Origin: Bacteroidales bacterium
GTDB taxonomy: Bacteria > Bacteroidota > Bacteroidia > Bacteroidales > UBA932
Assembly: GCA_017452265.1 (NCBI GenBank)
Contig: JAFTMS010000023.1
Location: 22,856-86,855 of the forward strand
Direction of reading: 5' to 3'
DNA length: 64,000 nucleotides
Every line of letters starts with the position of its first letter. Positions within the stretch are counted from its first letter, which is position 1. Both the position numbers and the translations under genes were made by a program. The notes beneath the pieces were generated by a model. That model worked only from the letters and a program-made list of their open reading frames with translations, was not told the origin of the DNA and made no database searches. Below, piece by piece: positions 1 to 9,527 of the stretch.

Positions 1-2
1 AA

Positions 3-1808
3 AGGACTGACACAAGAAGCCTTATAGGCTCAGAAGCGGAGCAGATGCTCACGGTCGAGGCGCCAGAACTATGGTCTCCGGAAAACCCCGCTCTGTATTA
101 CGCTGAGACTGAAATATATACAGGAGGCTCCATCGTGACCGACTGGAATCTCGAAAGGCCCGTCATAACCATCACCGACGGCAGCCGGCTTCAGGACAAG
201 GTGACTACAAGATTCGGAATAAGGAGCATAGAGATCCGCCCGGAGAAGGGGTTCTTCCTCAACGGGGAGCTGCGCAAGTTCCGTGGAGTGTGCCTGCATC
301 ACGACCTCGGGCCTCTTGGAGCCGCGACAAACAAGGCCGCCATACGCCGACAGCTCACCATGCTCAAGGACATGGGCTGCGACGCCATACGCACATCGCA
401 CAACATGCCGGCTGAAGAGCTGATAGAGCTTTGCGACGAGATGGGCTTCATGGTCATGCTCGAGAACTTCGACGAGTGGGATGCGGCAAAATGCAGAAAC
501 GGCTACCATCGTTTCTTCAACGAAGACAGTGGCGACGGCATGAAATGGGCCGAGAAGGACATGATCAACATGCTCCGACATTTCCGCAACAATGCATCCG
601 TGGTGATGTGGAGCATCGGCAACGAAGTGCCTTCCCAGTGGGCCGACGGAGGACTGGAGGTGGCTGCATGGCTTCAGGGCTTATGCCACCGCGAGGATCC
701 GACGCGCCCGGTGACATGCGGGATGGACCAGTATTATGCTGTACTTGAAAACGGATTCGCCGCACAGCTCGACGTAGTGGGATTCAATTATAAGGTAGAC
801 CGTTATCCGACGGCATACGAGCTTCTTCCTCAGGGACTTATCCTTGGCAGTGAGACGGCTTCGACCGTAAGTTCACGCGGAGTATATCATTTCCCAGTCG
901 TCATAGGCAACGACATCCTCGACGAAGACCACCAGTCCTCTTCATACGACACGGAGTACTGCTTCTGGTCGAATATCCCTGACAACGATTTCGCCGCAGA
1001 CGAGGACTACCCGTGGTGCATGGGACAGTTCGTCTGGACGGGCTTCGACTATCTCGGAGAGCCTTCTCCGTACGACACGGACGCATGGCCGAACCACTCT
1101 TCCGTATTCGGAATCATAGACCTCGCCTCCATTCCGAAAGACCGTTATTACCTTTATAGAAGTGTCTGGAACAAGGAGGACGAGACCCTGCACATCCTTC
1201 CGCACTGGAACTGGAAGGGCCGTGAGGGCGAGGTGACACCGGTTTATGTTTACACGTCATACCCTTCTGCGGAGCTTTTCGTGAACGGTGTTTCACAGGG
1301 CATACGCACCAAGAAGGCGGCGGACGGTGTGACGCCATGCCTGGGACGCGCGGCAATGGAGCGTTTCCGTCTGATGTGGGACGATGTAGCATACCAGCCG
1401 GGAGAAATTAAGGTGGTGGCATACGACGCTGACGGAAAGGCTGCGGCAGAAAAGACAGTGCGTACGGCAGGAAAGGCTGCGGCAATAAGGCTTACGCCGG
1501 ACAGGAGCGCAATCAAGGCGGACGGCGAGGATCTCTGTTATGTGAACGTAAGCCTCGCGGACAAGGACGGCAATCCCGTTCCTTCAGATGACCGGCTCGT
1601 GAAGGTGAAAGTAAGCGGAGCCGGTTCCTTCAAGGCCATCGCAAACGGTGCGCCGACATGCATAGAGCCGTTCCACGAGCCTCAGATGCATCTTTTCAGC
1701 GGCCAGCTCACAGTGCTCGTGCAGAGTGGGACGGAAGCCGGAGACATCACGGTGGAAGTGAGCGGCAAGGGCGTAAGAAAAGCAGTTTTGACAATAAAAG
1801 CAGAATAA
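3..1808 (+). CDS. GH2 beta-galactosidase-like glycoside hydrolase, 5'-truncated by the window edge
   Basis: Frame is open from position 3. Motifs LWSPENP.LY, FGIR, GVCLHHDLG, IRTSHN, WSIGNE (acid/base), GSET (nucleophile), WTGFDYLGEP, HILPHWNW. Confidence 0.92.
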   Translation, partial: RTDTRSLIGSEAEQMLTVEAPELWSPENPALYYAETEIYTGGSIVTDWNLERPVITITDGSRLQDKVTTRFGIRSIEIRPEKGFFLNGELRKFRGVCLHHDLGPLGAATNKAAIRRQLTMLKDMGCDAIRTSHNMPAEELIELCDEMGFMVMLENFDEWDAAKCRNGYHRFFNEDSGDGMKWAEKDMINMLRHFRNNASVVMWSIGNEVPSQWADGGLEVAAWLQGLCHREDPTRPVTCGMDQYYAVLENGFAAQLDVVGFNYKVDRYPTAYELLPQGLILGSETASTVSSRGVYHFPVVIGNDILDEDHQSSSYDTEYCFWSNIPDNDFAADEDYPWCMGQFVWTGFDYLGEPSPYDTDAWPNHSSVFGIIDLASIPKDRYYLYRSVWNKEDETLHILPHWNWKGREGEVTPVYVYTSYPSAELFVNGVSQGIRTKKAADGVTPCLGRAAMERFRLMWDDVAYQPGEIKVVAYDADGKAAAEKTVRTAGKAAAIRLTPDRSAIKADGEDLCYVNVSLADKDGNPVPSDDRLVKVKVSGAGSFKAIANGAPTCIEPFHEPQMHLFSGQLTVLVQSGTEAGDITVEVSGKGVRKAVLTIKAE

Positions 1809-1810
1809 AT

Positions 1811-3910
1811 ATGAAGAAACACCTTATCGTGCTTGCTGCCGTTGCGGTTATCGGCACAGCCTGTACAAAGGAAAGCGGCATAGAGGGGACGACTGAGCGG
1901 CAGACGCTTGCGTCGAAGCTCGTCGGCGGAGACGAAGGCGAAGCCGTGCCGGGATGCCTGCTGGTGCAGCTGGAAGAAAACGCCGCATCACTCGTAAGAG
2001 AGGGCCGTATTAAGGAAATTTCGGAGGAACTTTTTGCCGGGATACAGGCCGAATCGTTCACCCCGGCACTTCCGGTAAAGCCTAAGAATGCCGAAATCGC
2101 AAGGAAATACGGTCTGGACAGATGGTTCACCGTCCGTTTCGACGAGGATACTCCGGCTGAAAGGGTTGCCGTGCAGATGGCAGCATCCCCAAAGGTAAGC
2201 AGAATACAGTACAACAGATATGTCACACCGATCAGGACCGACGACGTATTCCCCGCACAGCCTCTGACAAGAATGTCTCCGATTCCCGCCGAAGACAATT
2301 CATTTGATGACCCGTATGCCTCAAGTCAGTGGAACCTCTGTAACGACGGGAGCATCAGTTCCGAAGCCGTTGCAGGAGCCGACGTGGGTGTAAAGGATGC
2401 ATGGAGGCTCACGGGAGGCGACCCGAGCGTGATTGTGGCAGTGTTCGACTGCGCAATTGCGACAAGGCATGAAGACCTTGAGGATGCCGTATGGCAGAAT
2501 GAGGCCGAAGTGAATGGAGAAGCAGGAGCTGATGATGACGGCAACGGATTCATCGACGACAAATACGGTTTCAACTTCGTGGGATGCTATGCCATAAATG
2601 AAGACTACATAAGCGGAGCCCTTGACGGCAGCAAGCAGACAGCGGTCAAGGGCGATCCCCTCAACAGCACGGCTGGAAGCGGCCACGGCACTCATGTTGC
2701 CGGCATAATCGGAGCGACCAACAACAACGGGAAGGGTGTCAGCTCGATTGCAGGAGGTACCGGCAACGGTGACGGCGTACGGCTCATGTCATGCCAGATC
2801 TTCAAAGGGTCGTCGTATTGCGCTGATGCCCAGAACGCCGCAGCCTTCATCTACGCGGCCGACAACGGAGCCTGCATAGCACAGTGTTCATACGGCAATT
2901 CGAATATAATAACGAATGACGACCTCTACATCAACGGAGGCGAACTGAACGGGACAAAGGTGAGCGCTTCAACCCTTGAGAACGCTGCCCTGAAATATTT
3001 CCTTGACCCGGCGAACAGCAACCACGAGTCCCTCGAAGGCAACATGGCCATATTCGCCGCAGGAAACCATCAGAACCCGTATTCTTCGTATCCCGGAGCT
3101 CTTCCGTACGTGATTTCCGTTACCGCCTTCGGCTGGGATTTTCTTCCGAGCGGATATACGAACTATGGCCCTGGCTGCAAGATTGCTGCGCCTGGTGGAG
3201 AATGGAGCGGAGCATCAGGAGACTATGCCGGAATGATTCTGTCCACCGGAGTCTCGGGAGCTGCCACACAGTCACCTGGAGTGGAAACGGAGAAGGGAAC
3301 AGAAAGCAAGAACTATGTCTACATGCAGGGCACATCGATGGCATGTCCGCATGTGTCGGGAGTCGTAGCCCTCGGAATATCGTATACCAGGAAGCTCGGA
3401 AAGAAGTTCACACGCGAGCAGATGCAGTCGATGCTCCTGACATCAGTGACCGACATCGAAGACTTCAACAAAGGCGGTTCGAGAAGATTCTATGATGTCA
3501 ATTCCGGAGGATACATCAGCATAGACATGAACAAATATGCAGGAAATATGGGAACAGGTGCCGTAGACGCATGGAAGTTCCTCATGGCGATAGAGGGCAC
3601 ACCGACGTTCATGGCCGAGAAGGGAAAGACGGTAAAGATCGACCTCAGCGGCTACTGCAGTCCGTCACAGGAATATACCGTCAGCATAGACGATGCATCA
3701 CACAAGGCCCTCGGACTGTCAGCAGACCCTGTCATAAGCAACGGCCATCTGGAAATATGCTGCAATGCCATAGGCTCCGGCAAGATCACCCTCAGCGCAT
3801 CTGTTGGCAAGGATCCGGATCTTGAAGGCGGCATCGGAGGCATGGCCTATACACGTGAAATATCAATAATATCAAGACCTTTCGCAACAGACAACGGAGG
3901 ATGGCTGTAA
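1811..3910 (+). CDS. S8 (subtilisin-like) serine protease, lipoprotein
   Basis: Lipobox MKKHLIVLAAVAVIGTAC from ATG 1811. Triad motifs VAVFD, HGTHVAG, GTSMACPHVSG; oxyanion Asn in FAAGN; DDDGNGFIDD loop. Confidence 0.92.
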   Translation: MKKHLIVLAAVAVIGTACTKESGIEGTTERQTLASKLVGGDEGEAVPGCLLVQLEENAASLVREGRIKEISEELFAGIQAESFTPALPVKPKNAEIARKYGLDRWFTVRFDEDTPAERVAVQMAASPKVSRIQYNRYVTPIRTDDVFPAQPLTRMSPIPAEDNSFDDPYASSQWNLCNDGSISSEAVAGADVGVKDAWRLTGGDPSVIVAVFDCAIATRHEDLEDAVWQNEAEVNGEAGADDDGNGFIDDKYGFNFVGCYAINEDYISGALDGSKQTAVKGDPLNSTAGSGHGTHVAGIIGATNNNGKGVSSIAGGTGNGDGVRLMSCQIFKGSSYCADAQNAAAFIYAADNGACIAQCSYGNSNIITNDDLYINGGELNGTKVSASTLENAALKYFLDPANSNHESLEGNMAIFAAGNHQNPYSSYPGALPYVISVTAFGWDFLPSGYTNYGPGCKIAAPGGEWSGASGDYAGMILSTGVSGAATQSPGVETEKGTESKNYVYMQGTSMACPHVSGVVALGISYTRKLGKKFTREQMQSMLLTSVTDIEDFNKGGSRRFYDVNSGGYISIDMNKYAGNMGTGAVDAWKFLMAIEGTPTFMAEKGKTVKIDLSGYCSPSQEYTVSIDDASHKALGLSADPVISNGHLEICCNAIGSGKITLSASVGKDPDLEGGIGGMAYTREISIISRPFATDNGGWL

Positions 3911-3934
3911 TGTCTGGGGATAAACACCACTGAA

Positions 3935-4381
3935 ATGAAGAAACTGATTTACATACTGGCCGCAGCTCTGCTTCTTGCATCCTGCGGCGACAAGAACGGC
4001 GGAAAGAACGCCGAGCTGACATTGGAGGAAAAGCTCTGCACGGAATGGCACAGCACACAGCTGCCGATTGATGCAGACATATATATAAGCTTTGCCGAGG
4101 ACAAGACATTCGAGCTTTACCAGCAGATCGGAGAAGGAGCATACCGTCTTTACCGAGGCACCTGGAACCTCGAAGACAATCTTCTGACAGGAAGATACAA
4201 CGACGGTGAGGACTGGGCTGCGGCCTACACCATCTTTATGAATGACAAATCACTCACCTTGACATCGCAGAACGATGCTGCCGAAGAATCCCAATATGTC
4301 ATGGAGGCCATTCCTGAAGACGTCAGGAACGGTTGCGAGACCGTCGTGAAGTCTCAGAGCACGGACTCGCCAGCGCTCTGA
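3935..4381 (+). CDS. Lipocalin-like lipoprotein
   Basis: Lipobox LLASC; LCTEW...F.EDKTF...GTW pattern; directly follows the protease gene. Confidence 0.7.
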   Translation: MKKLIYILAAALLLASCGDKNGGKNAELTLEEKLCTEWHSTQLPIDADIYISFAEDKTFELYQQIGEGAYRLYRGTWNLEDNLLTGRYNDGEDWAAAYTIFMNDKSLTLTSQNDAAEESQYVMEAIPEDVRNGCETVVKSQSTDSPAL

Positions 4382-5028
4382 GCATCATCTTTACGCATGC
4401 TGAATTCGCAACCGCAGTACAGCTGGTTGTAGAACCCATATTCACGGATTATCTGGAGGCGCCTTTCCTGTAATCCTCCTTTGCGCCAGTTACAGCCCCA
4501 AAATACCGGGGCTGTCTTTTTTCCCGTCATTGTGAGCGCCGGTTCCGTCATTGCGAGCGAAGCGCGATAATCTTCCCCCACCACACCGCAAGCCCATTCC
4601 CCGGCCTCCCGGATCTGCTCCAGCGACTTCCACCGCGAAGACGCCAGCGTCGTAGTAATCACCCGTATCCCCCTCTCACGCGCATACATCGCCGTCCTCA
4701 GCAGTCTGAGCCTGAAACACTTCAGGCACCGCCCTCCCCTCTCCGGCTCACTTTCCAGCCCTCTGACCGCCGCGAGCCATTCCTCATGGTCATAGTCCGC
4801 ATCCACAATCTCCAGTCCCAGAGCCTGAGCATACCTCGTGCACTCATTCTTGCGGATCTCATATTCTTCCCGTGGATAGATGTTCGGATTGCAGTAATAG
4901 ATGACCGGAGTCACCCCACGCTTCATGAGGCACTCGATAATAGCACTCGAACAAGGCGCACAACACGTATGAAGCAGAACCGTCCGCTCCCCCATCGGCA
5001 CCTCAAACATATCCACCTTCTTACTCAT
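4354..5028 (-). CDS. queH: Epoxyqueuosine reductase QueH
   Basis: LLHTCCAPCS, NPNIYP.EEY..R, EPERGGRC..CF..RL, Q.YCGCEFS motifs. Confidence 0.9.
   Translation of the reverse strand: MSKKVDMFEVPMGERTVLLHTCCAPCSSAIIECLMKRGVTPVIYYCNPNIYPREEYEIRKNECTRYAQALGLEIVDADYDHEEWLAAVRGLESEPERGGRCLKCFRLRLLRTAMYARERGIRVITTTLASSRWKSLEQIREAGEWACGVVGEDYRASLAMTEPALTMTGKKTAPVFWGCNWRKGGLQERRLQIIREYGFYNQLYCGCEFSMRKDDAQSAGESVL
4524..4573. repeat. REP-like repeat remnant (two GTCATTGYGAGCG units) inside queH
   Basis: ccgtcattgtgagcg at 4524 and ccgtcattgcgagcgaagcgcgataatct at 4545. Confidence 0.6.
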
Positions 5029-5077
5029 CAGCCCAATCAGATTATAGTAACGGCCATTAAGATTACCTGGACAATTC

Positions 5078-6685
5078 CTATTGCTGAATTAAATTGAATG
5101 TATCGCTCATTCTCGTTAACATTTTTCCAAGTTTGCCAACCAATTCCATGGTGTTATTCTGCATGTCATTGATGCAGTTCCTTGCTGACATTTGGGCGAT
5201 GTAATCTTCTGTACTATAAGGTTTTGAAAATATGAGGCTTTGCTGTTCCAGCATTGATACAACAGTAGCTACCTTTATAAGAAGGTCTGTGTCTTCGTGG
5301 ATATATGGAGCAATCAACGACAAGTATTTTGTGCAAGGTCTCTCTTCATCAATGTGTCTAAAAAGGTTAATGGTCTCGCTGTTTATCTGTTGGTTCTTAC
5401 TTTTGATAAGCGTTGCTTCTATAAGCCAGTAAAAATCGTTGTTAAACACTTCTATATCTCCAATGTTTCCTGGGGCATGAGAATAAGGTATTCCTGCATC
5501 ATCACAAATGTAATTTGGCTTATAATCAAAGTCTTCTCCTAAACAAACATACAAATAGAGAGATAGTAAGAATTCGAACTTTAATGGTATCTGCATGAAC
5601 CAGAAGTCTCTTCTGTCATTGGCCCCTTGTGATACTTCCTTCAAATATGTTGCTAAGAGATTCTCATCTAGGTTGTATGTGTTAACGATTTTACTCAGTT
5701 TCTCATTATAACTATCAATAGAACGTTTTTGAGTATCTCTGTTAGCATAAATACACTTTAAAATCTCAGGTGTCAATGTTCCTAATGTGTTAAAGTATAC
5801 ATTTTTGTCATCCTTCGCGGTTTCGTCAATACAGAAATTCAGAGCTGATAGTTCCTGATAGAACTTCCAGCGATTCGAATTAATCGAAAGCATAATGACA
5901 CTTTGGTAATCAACAGTAATGAAACCGGTTAGTTGGAGTACTCTAAAAACTGTGTTTCCGTAATCGTTAAAAGCAGAGTTTTGGGCTACAACTTTTCCGT
6001 GTTTATCATCTATTTTGTGGAATTTTTCTACTATGAGAGCATATGTTTTATCTAAATTGTTGCCAACCTTGTTTCCCTCAATTAAATTAACAAACGAATC
6101 TATATCACCGTCGTCTGAAAATAAAGAAATCATGAATTGCGGGTAGGATAGTCTATGTCCTTTGTCGTTTCTTTCTTTTATTACGTCTATTACAAATTTA
6201 AAGTAATTGAAGTCGTTTAATACGCGTCTATATGGAGATTTTCGCCAAAATCTCATACATTGTAAAGCAAAGGCTTCGGATAAAGTTATTTTGTTGCTTA
6301 TCACAGCATCAGCCACTTCTGATAATCTGAGCGGCTCGTTATATTGGGCGTATATAAACCCGAATTCTGAGAGCGTTCTTAAGTATCTGTAGAATGCCGC
6401 TTGCCAACCTTCGGGATATCCTCCGTCACTCTTGTGGCTTATGTTATTTTTGATAAACAGCCCGACCTCTTTTCTGCTTGCTGTAGAGATGTCTAATTGA
6501 TTTGCCGTAATTACTCCATCTATATAAAGCTGGGTAAAGACTTCAAGGGCACCATTGTCATCTAGAACAATGCCTCTGAATTTGTTGTATGTCTTTAAGA
6601 TTTCGTCATAGCGTTCAGGATTTCTTACTGCTACTTCGAGTGCCATTTGCTTATATTGGCGTTGTCTGTGACGGACTGGTGGCAT
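5078..6685 (-). CDS. AlwI-family type IIS restriction endonuclease
   Basis: N-terminal AVRNPERY; C-terminal PYSHAPGNIGDIE...IEATL nuclease motif; co-oriented behind two adenine MTases; low GC. Confidence 0.8.
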   Translation of the reverse strand: MPPVRHRQRQYKQMALEVAVRNPERYDEILKTYNKFRGIVLDDNGALEVFTQLYIDGVITANQLDISTASRKEVGLFIKNNISHKSDGGYPEGWQAAFYRYLRTLSEFGFIYAQYNEPLRLSEVADAVISNKITLSEAFALQCMRFWRKSPYRRVLNDFNYFKFVIDVIKERNDKGHRLSYPQFMISLFSDDGDIDSFVNLIEGNKVGNNLDKTYALIVEKFHKIDDKHGKVVAQNSAFNDYGNTVFRVLQLTGFITVDYQSVIMLSINSNRWKFYQELSALNFCIDETAKDDKNVYFNTLGTLTPEILKCIYANRDTQKRSIDSYNEKLSKIVNTYNLDENLLATYLKEVSQGANDRRDFWFMQIPLKFEFLLSLYLYVCLGEDFDYKPNYICDDAGIPYSHAPGNIGDIEVFNNDFYWLIEATLIKSKNQQINSETINLFRHIDEERPCTKYLSLIAPYIHEDTDLLIKVATVVSMLEQQSLIFSKPYSTEDYIAQMSARNCINDMQNNTMELVGKLGKMLTRMSDTFNLIQQ

Positions 6686-6695
6686 AGTAAATTCG

Positions 6696-7592
6696 TTAAT
6701 AATTGGTTACTAGTACTTCGTTGAACTGCTTAATAGTGTTGTCGTGATAACTTATGTAGTTACTGTGCACGTTGTGTATATTATATTGTTGTGCCCATTG
6801 TAAAAAGATTGTATTAATTCTTCCTTTGTAATGGGTTACATTCGATATGGCAAATTTAATATTATTGCGGTTTAACTCATCAAGAATTGTTAATAATTCA
6901 CGTTCTGTTGTTTCGTTCCAGAGTTTGTTGTATTCGCTGAATGTGATAAGATAAGGTGGATCAAGATATACCAGGTCGTCATTATTTAAGTCAAGTCCGT
7001 CCATAAATGCCCTAAAATCCATGGAACTCCACTGTATTATACGATTGCTTACAATTTCAAAATAGTCGTTTAGGGCATCCACGACGTTTCGATTGAAGTC
7101 GACATTGCCAACAGGAACATTGAAATTGTTTTGTCCGTTGAACCTCAGCATTCGATTAAATCCATAGATTAATAGTAAATATAGGATTCTTGGGTTTCTT
7201 CTGGAGGCAAGATTATATTCGGCTCGCATTCTGTTGAAACCCTCTCTATTGTATTCAGCAAAATAAGTTTTTGGATAATTTTGTTTTAGTTCATGTGGTA
7301 TATTATCTGCCACGTACGAACATGATAGTTCATAGGAAGCTGCTTTATTAATAAGGTCTATTATGAATGCTTCTTTATGATGTGAGCATTTGCATAGCAT
7401 TTTGTGAAGCTGGATAACATTTGTGTCAATATCATTTAAGATATAGCTTTCTGCCTCAACATTCATAAATGCTGAGCCTCCACCAACAAATGGCTCAACA
7501 AATTTGCGAATATTGTTGGGGAAATGTTCCTTTAGTTCGTCAACAAGCTTATATTTGTCTCCGACGTAAAATAATGGTGAACGTTTACTCAT
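6696..7592 (-). CDS. Dam-like (D12 class) N6-adenine DNA methyltransferase
   Basis: SPLFYVGDK, EPFVGGGS, YILND, YLDPPY motifs. Confidence 0.9.
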   Translation of the reverse strand: MSKRSPLFYVGDKYKLVDELKEHFPNNIRKFVEPFVGGGSAFMNVEAESYILNDIDTNVIQLHKMLCKCSHHKEAFIIDLINKAASYELSCSYVADNIPHELKQNYPKTYFAEYNREGFNRMRAEYNLASRRNPRILYLLLIYGFNRMLRFNGQNNFNVPVGNVDFNRNVVDALNDYFEIVSNRIIQWSSMDFRAFMDGLDLNNDDLVYLDPPYLITFSEYNKLWNETTERELLTILDELNRNNIKFAISNVTHYKGRINTIFLQWAQQYNIHNVHSNYISYHDNTIKQFNEVLVTNY

Positions 7593-8916
7593 TTACTCTT
7601 GTTACAAAAAGGAGTTCTTTGTGATTGGCGAATTCTGTTTTTCCCGCGTTAAAAGCTCTGTGGTTATGCTCAAAGACAACTGTTTCTCCCACTTCTCTGA
7701 GAATATTTTCAAGCTCTTCTAGCGTAATCTTATTTTCGGACGATGAACTCTTTGACTTGTATGTGTTATTATAAGAAACAACAATGTATCTTGCGCGTAT
7801 ACTGCAAACAAGATCTTTCATAGCCTTGGCTGCTTTACTTGAACAATAGTCGCTCATGTTCTCAATTGGAGGTTTCATGGCGACTCCTGATAGGATCGGC
7901 ATATCCCATTTTACAAGTGTTTCGTAGAGATGATAGAACCTCGAGTATTGTCTAGAGTTATACGGTGGGTCTATATATACAACATCACATGTGACTTGCC
8001 GTGCCAATTGATTTGAGTCCGCTCGGTGTATATCGACATTAGGATAGCAATTAACGTCGATAAGTTTAAGATATAATGGCTTTGGCTGAATAGGTTTCTG
8101 AATATATGCCTCATAGTGCCCTAAAGTATTTGCAATTTTGTCAATGTTATAAATGAGGGTTGCTATGAGTATGTTGTATTCCTTTTCTGTAAGATCTTTT
8201 TTTCTATCCTCTATATCCTGGCGTATGAAACCTATTCTTTTTGATTCGTTCCTTTCGAAAAATTTTCCTCCGAAATTGATAGAGAAATAATTGTCGTCAA
8301 GTTTAGTCGGGTCTATGGCGTTATATCCAGTTATAATGTCACATAGTTTATTTTTATCCCACTCCCCTGCCGCAAAAAATGCATTATATATTACATTATT
8401 GGAATATAAGAGGTCGTTTATAATTACATGGTCGTACCTTCTCACTGCCTCATTTGCTACTACACCTGTACCTGCAAATATATCACAGAAGCTATGCACG
8501 TTCTCTGTTTGCTCTTCAATCTTTTCGAAAATCCAATCAATTAGCTTTGCCTTGCTTCCAATATATCTACGGCTAGAAATAGCAATTGGCTGACTTAGAT
8601 GGGAGTCCATGAACATATTTATATAGTTGTGTCCATATATGAGTTTTTCTTTTGCAACATCTAAACTTATGATTCCTATGGCCGGATCTTCTATTGATCC
8701 GATAATTTTGTCGCTTTCACGCTGGATTTGTAAGAGACTATTATCAACTCTATATAGAGTCGATAATCGAGTTAACTGTTCTACAGTAGGCAGCCTTTTG
8801 CCAGTTTCAATTCTGCTTAGTTGAGATGAATCAATTCCGGTTTGATCTTGGACATCCAATATTTGGAAGCTTCTCTCTTCTCTAATAGTCTTAAGAATTC
8901 TACCTATCTGATACAT
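7585..8916 (-). CDS. XRE-HTH fused N6-adenine DNA methyltransferase (D12 class, M.FokI-like)
   Basis: N-terminal HTH (LKTIREER...SQLSRIETGKRLPT), then RRYIGSK, DIFAGTG, YIDPPYNSRQY. ATG 8916 is preferred over TTG 8955, which overlaps a TAAATTTG promoter-like motif. Confidence 0.88.
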   Translation of the reverse strand: MYQIGRILKTIREERSFQILDVQDQTGIDSSQLSRIETGKRLPTVEQLTRLSTLYRVDNSLLQIQRESDKIIGSIEDPAIGIISLDVAKEKLIYGHNYINMFMDSHLSQPIAISSRRYIGSKAKLIDWIFEKIEEQTENVHSFCDIFAGTGVVANEAVRRYDHVIINDLLYSNNVIYNAFFAAGEWDKNKLCDIITGYNAIDPTKLDDNYFSINFGGKFFERNESKRIGFIRQDIEDRKKDLTEKEYNILIATLIYNIDKIANTLGHYEAYIQKPIQPKPLYLKLIDVNCYPNVDIHRADSNQLARQVTCDVVYIDPPYNSRQYSRFYHLYETLVKWDMPILSGVAMKPPIENMSDYCSSKAAKAMKDLVCSIRARYIVVSYNNTYKSKSSSSENKITLEELENILREVGETVVFEHNHRAFNAGKTEFANHKELLFVTRVNE

Positions 8917-9077
8917 GCTTGAGGGTTTTATTTGTAAATTGACTTGGTTTGGCAAATTTAAGAAGAGAAGTTTATAAAAACAATATTACAAAAGTAGATA
9001 TTATTCTTATGTAGGCAGAATAATAGGTATATTTGCATGCTATGGGTATGAAACGTGTCGCCACTTAGATTCGCATT

Positions 9078-9128
9078 CGCTCGTAAACCGCTCGTAAACC
9101 GCTCGTATTTCTCATGATTTTACGAGCG
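9078..9128. repeat. 11-bp tandem repeat (CGCTCGTAAAC x ~2.7) plus an inverted copy
   Basis: cgctcgtaaac cgctcgtaaac cgctcgta ... tttacgagcg read directly. Confidence 0.85.
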
Positions 9129-9166
9129 ACCAAATTGATTTATTCCCTATGACTTTACAGCCCCAC

Positions 9167-9226
9167 AAAAGTGTTGCGCACAACCATCACTTTTTCAAAA
9201 AAGTGTCGCTTGTGCGCAACATTTTT
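9167..9226 (-). terminator. Long hairpin, probable terminator of the wHTH gene
   Basis: tgttgcgcacaa (9172-9183) / ttgtgcgcaaca (9210-9221) with A and T tracts on both sides, just past the stop at 9239. Confidence 0.6.
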
Positions 9227-9238
9227 CATGTCTTACGC

Positions 9239-9517
9239 TTATAGATACGTCTTCAGCGCGTCCACGTAATCTTTAAATGCCTTGAGGCCGGTTTCGGTTA
9301 TTCTGCATGTGGTCTGGGGCTTTTTGCCTTTGAATCCTTTTTCTACAGTTATGTATTCCGCTGATGCCAGTTTGTCGATCTGGACACTCAGATTGCCGGC
9401 TGTCGCACCTGTCGCTTCCCGGAGATATACGAAATCCGCCTCTTCGAGATTCAAAAGTACCGACATCACTGCAAGCCGCAGTTCGGAATGTAATAATGGA
9501 TCCAGTTTCTTGAACAT
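9239..9517 (-). CDS. Winged-helix transcriptional regulator (HTH_34/ArsR-MarR-like)
   Basis: LDPLLHSELRLAVMSVL...DF..L...TAGNLS.Q..KL....YI...KGF.GKKPQT pattern. Confidence 0.88.
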   Translation of the reverse strand: MFKKLDPLLHSELRLAVMSVLLNLEEADFVYLREATGATAGNLSVQIDKLASAEYITVEKGFKGKKPQTTCRITETGLKAFKDYVDALKTYL

Positions 9518-9527
9518 ATCGATGACT

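Larger units (their letters stand above)
5040..9165. other. Low-GC horizontally acquired defence island (RM system)
   Basis: Abrupt switch to AT-rich sequence between queH and the wHTH gene; no integrase visible; boundaries approximate. Confidence 0.75.

Noticed and set aside
1658-1810. N-terminal extensions in the ORF track (also 20107, 20132, 25448, 32182, 37453, 59582 starts)
   Set aside because: They overlap upstream genes or promoter elements; downstream ATGs give proper signal peptides or family N-termini.
4354-4381. Convergent 3' overlaps (also 50119-50139)
   Set aside because: Short tail-to-tail overlaps are common and give no evidence of function.
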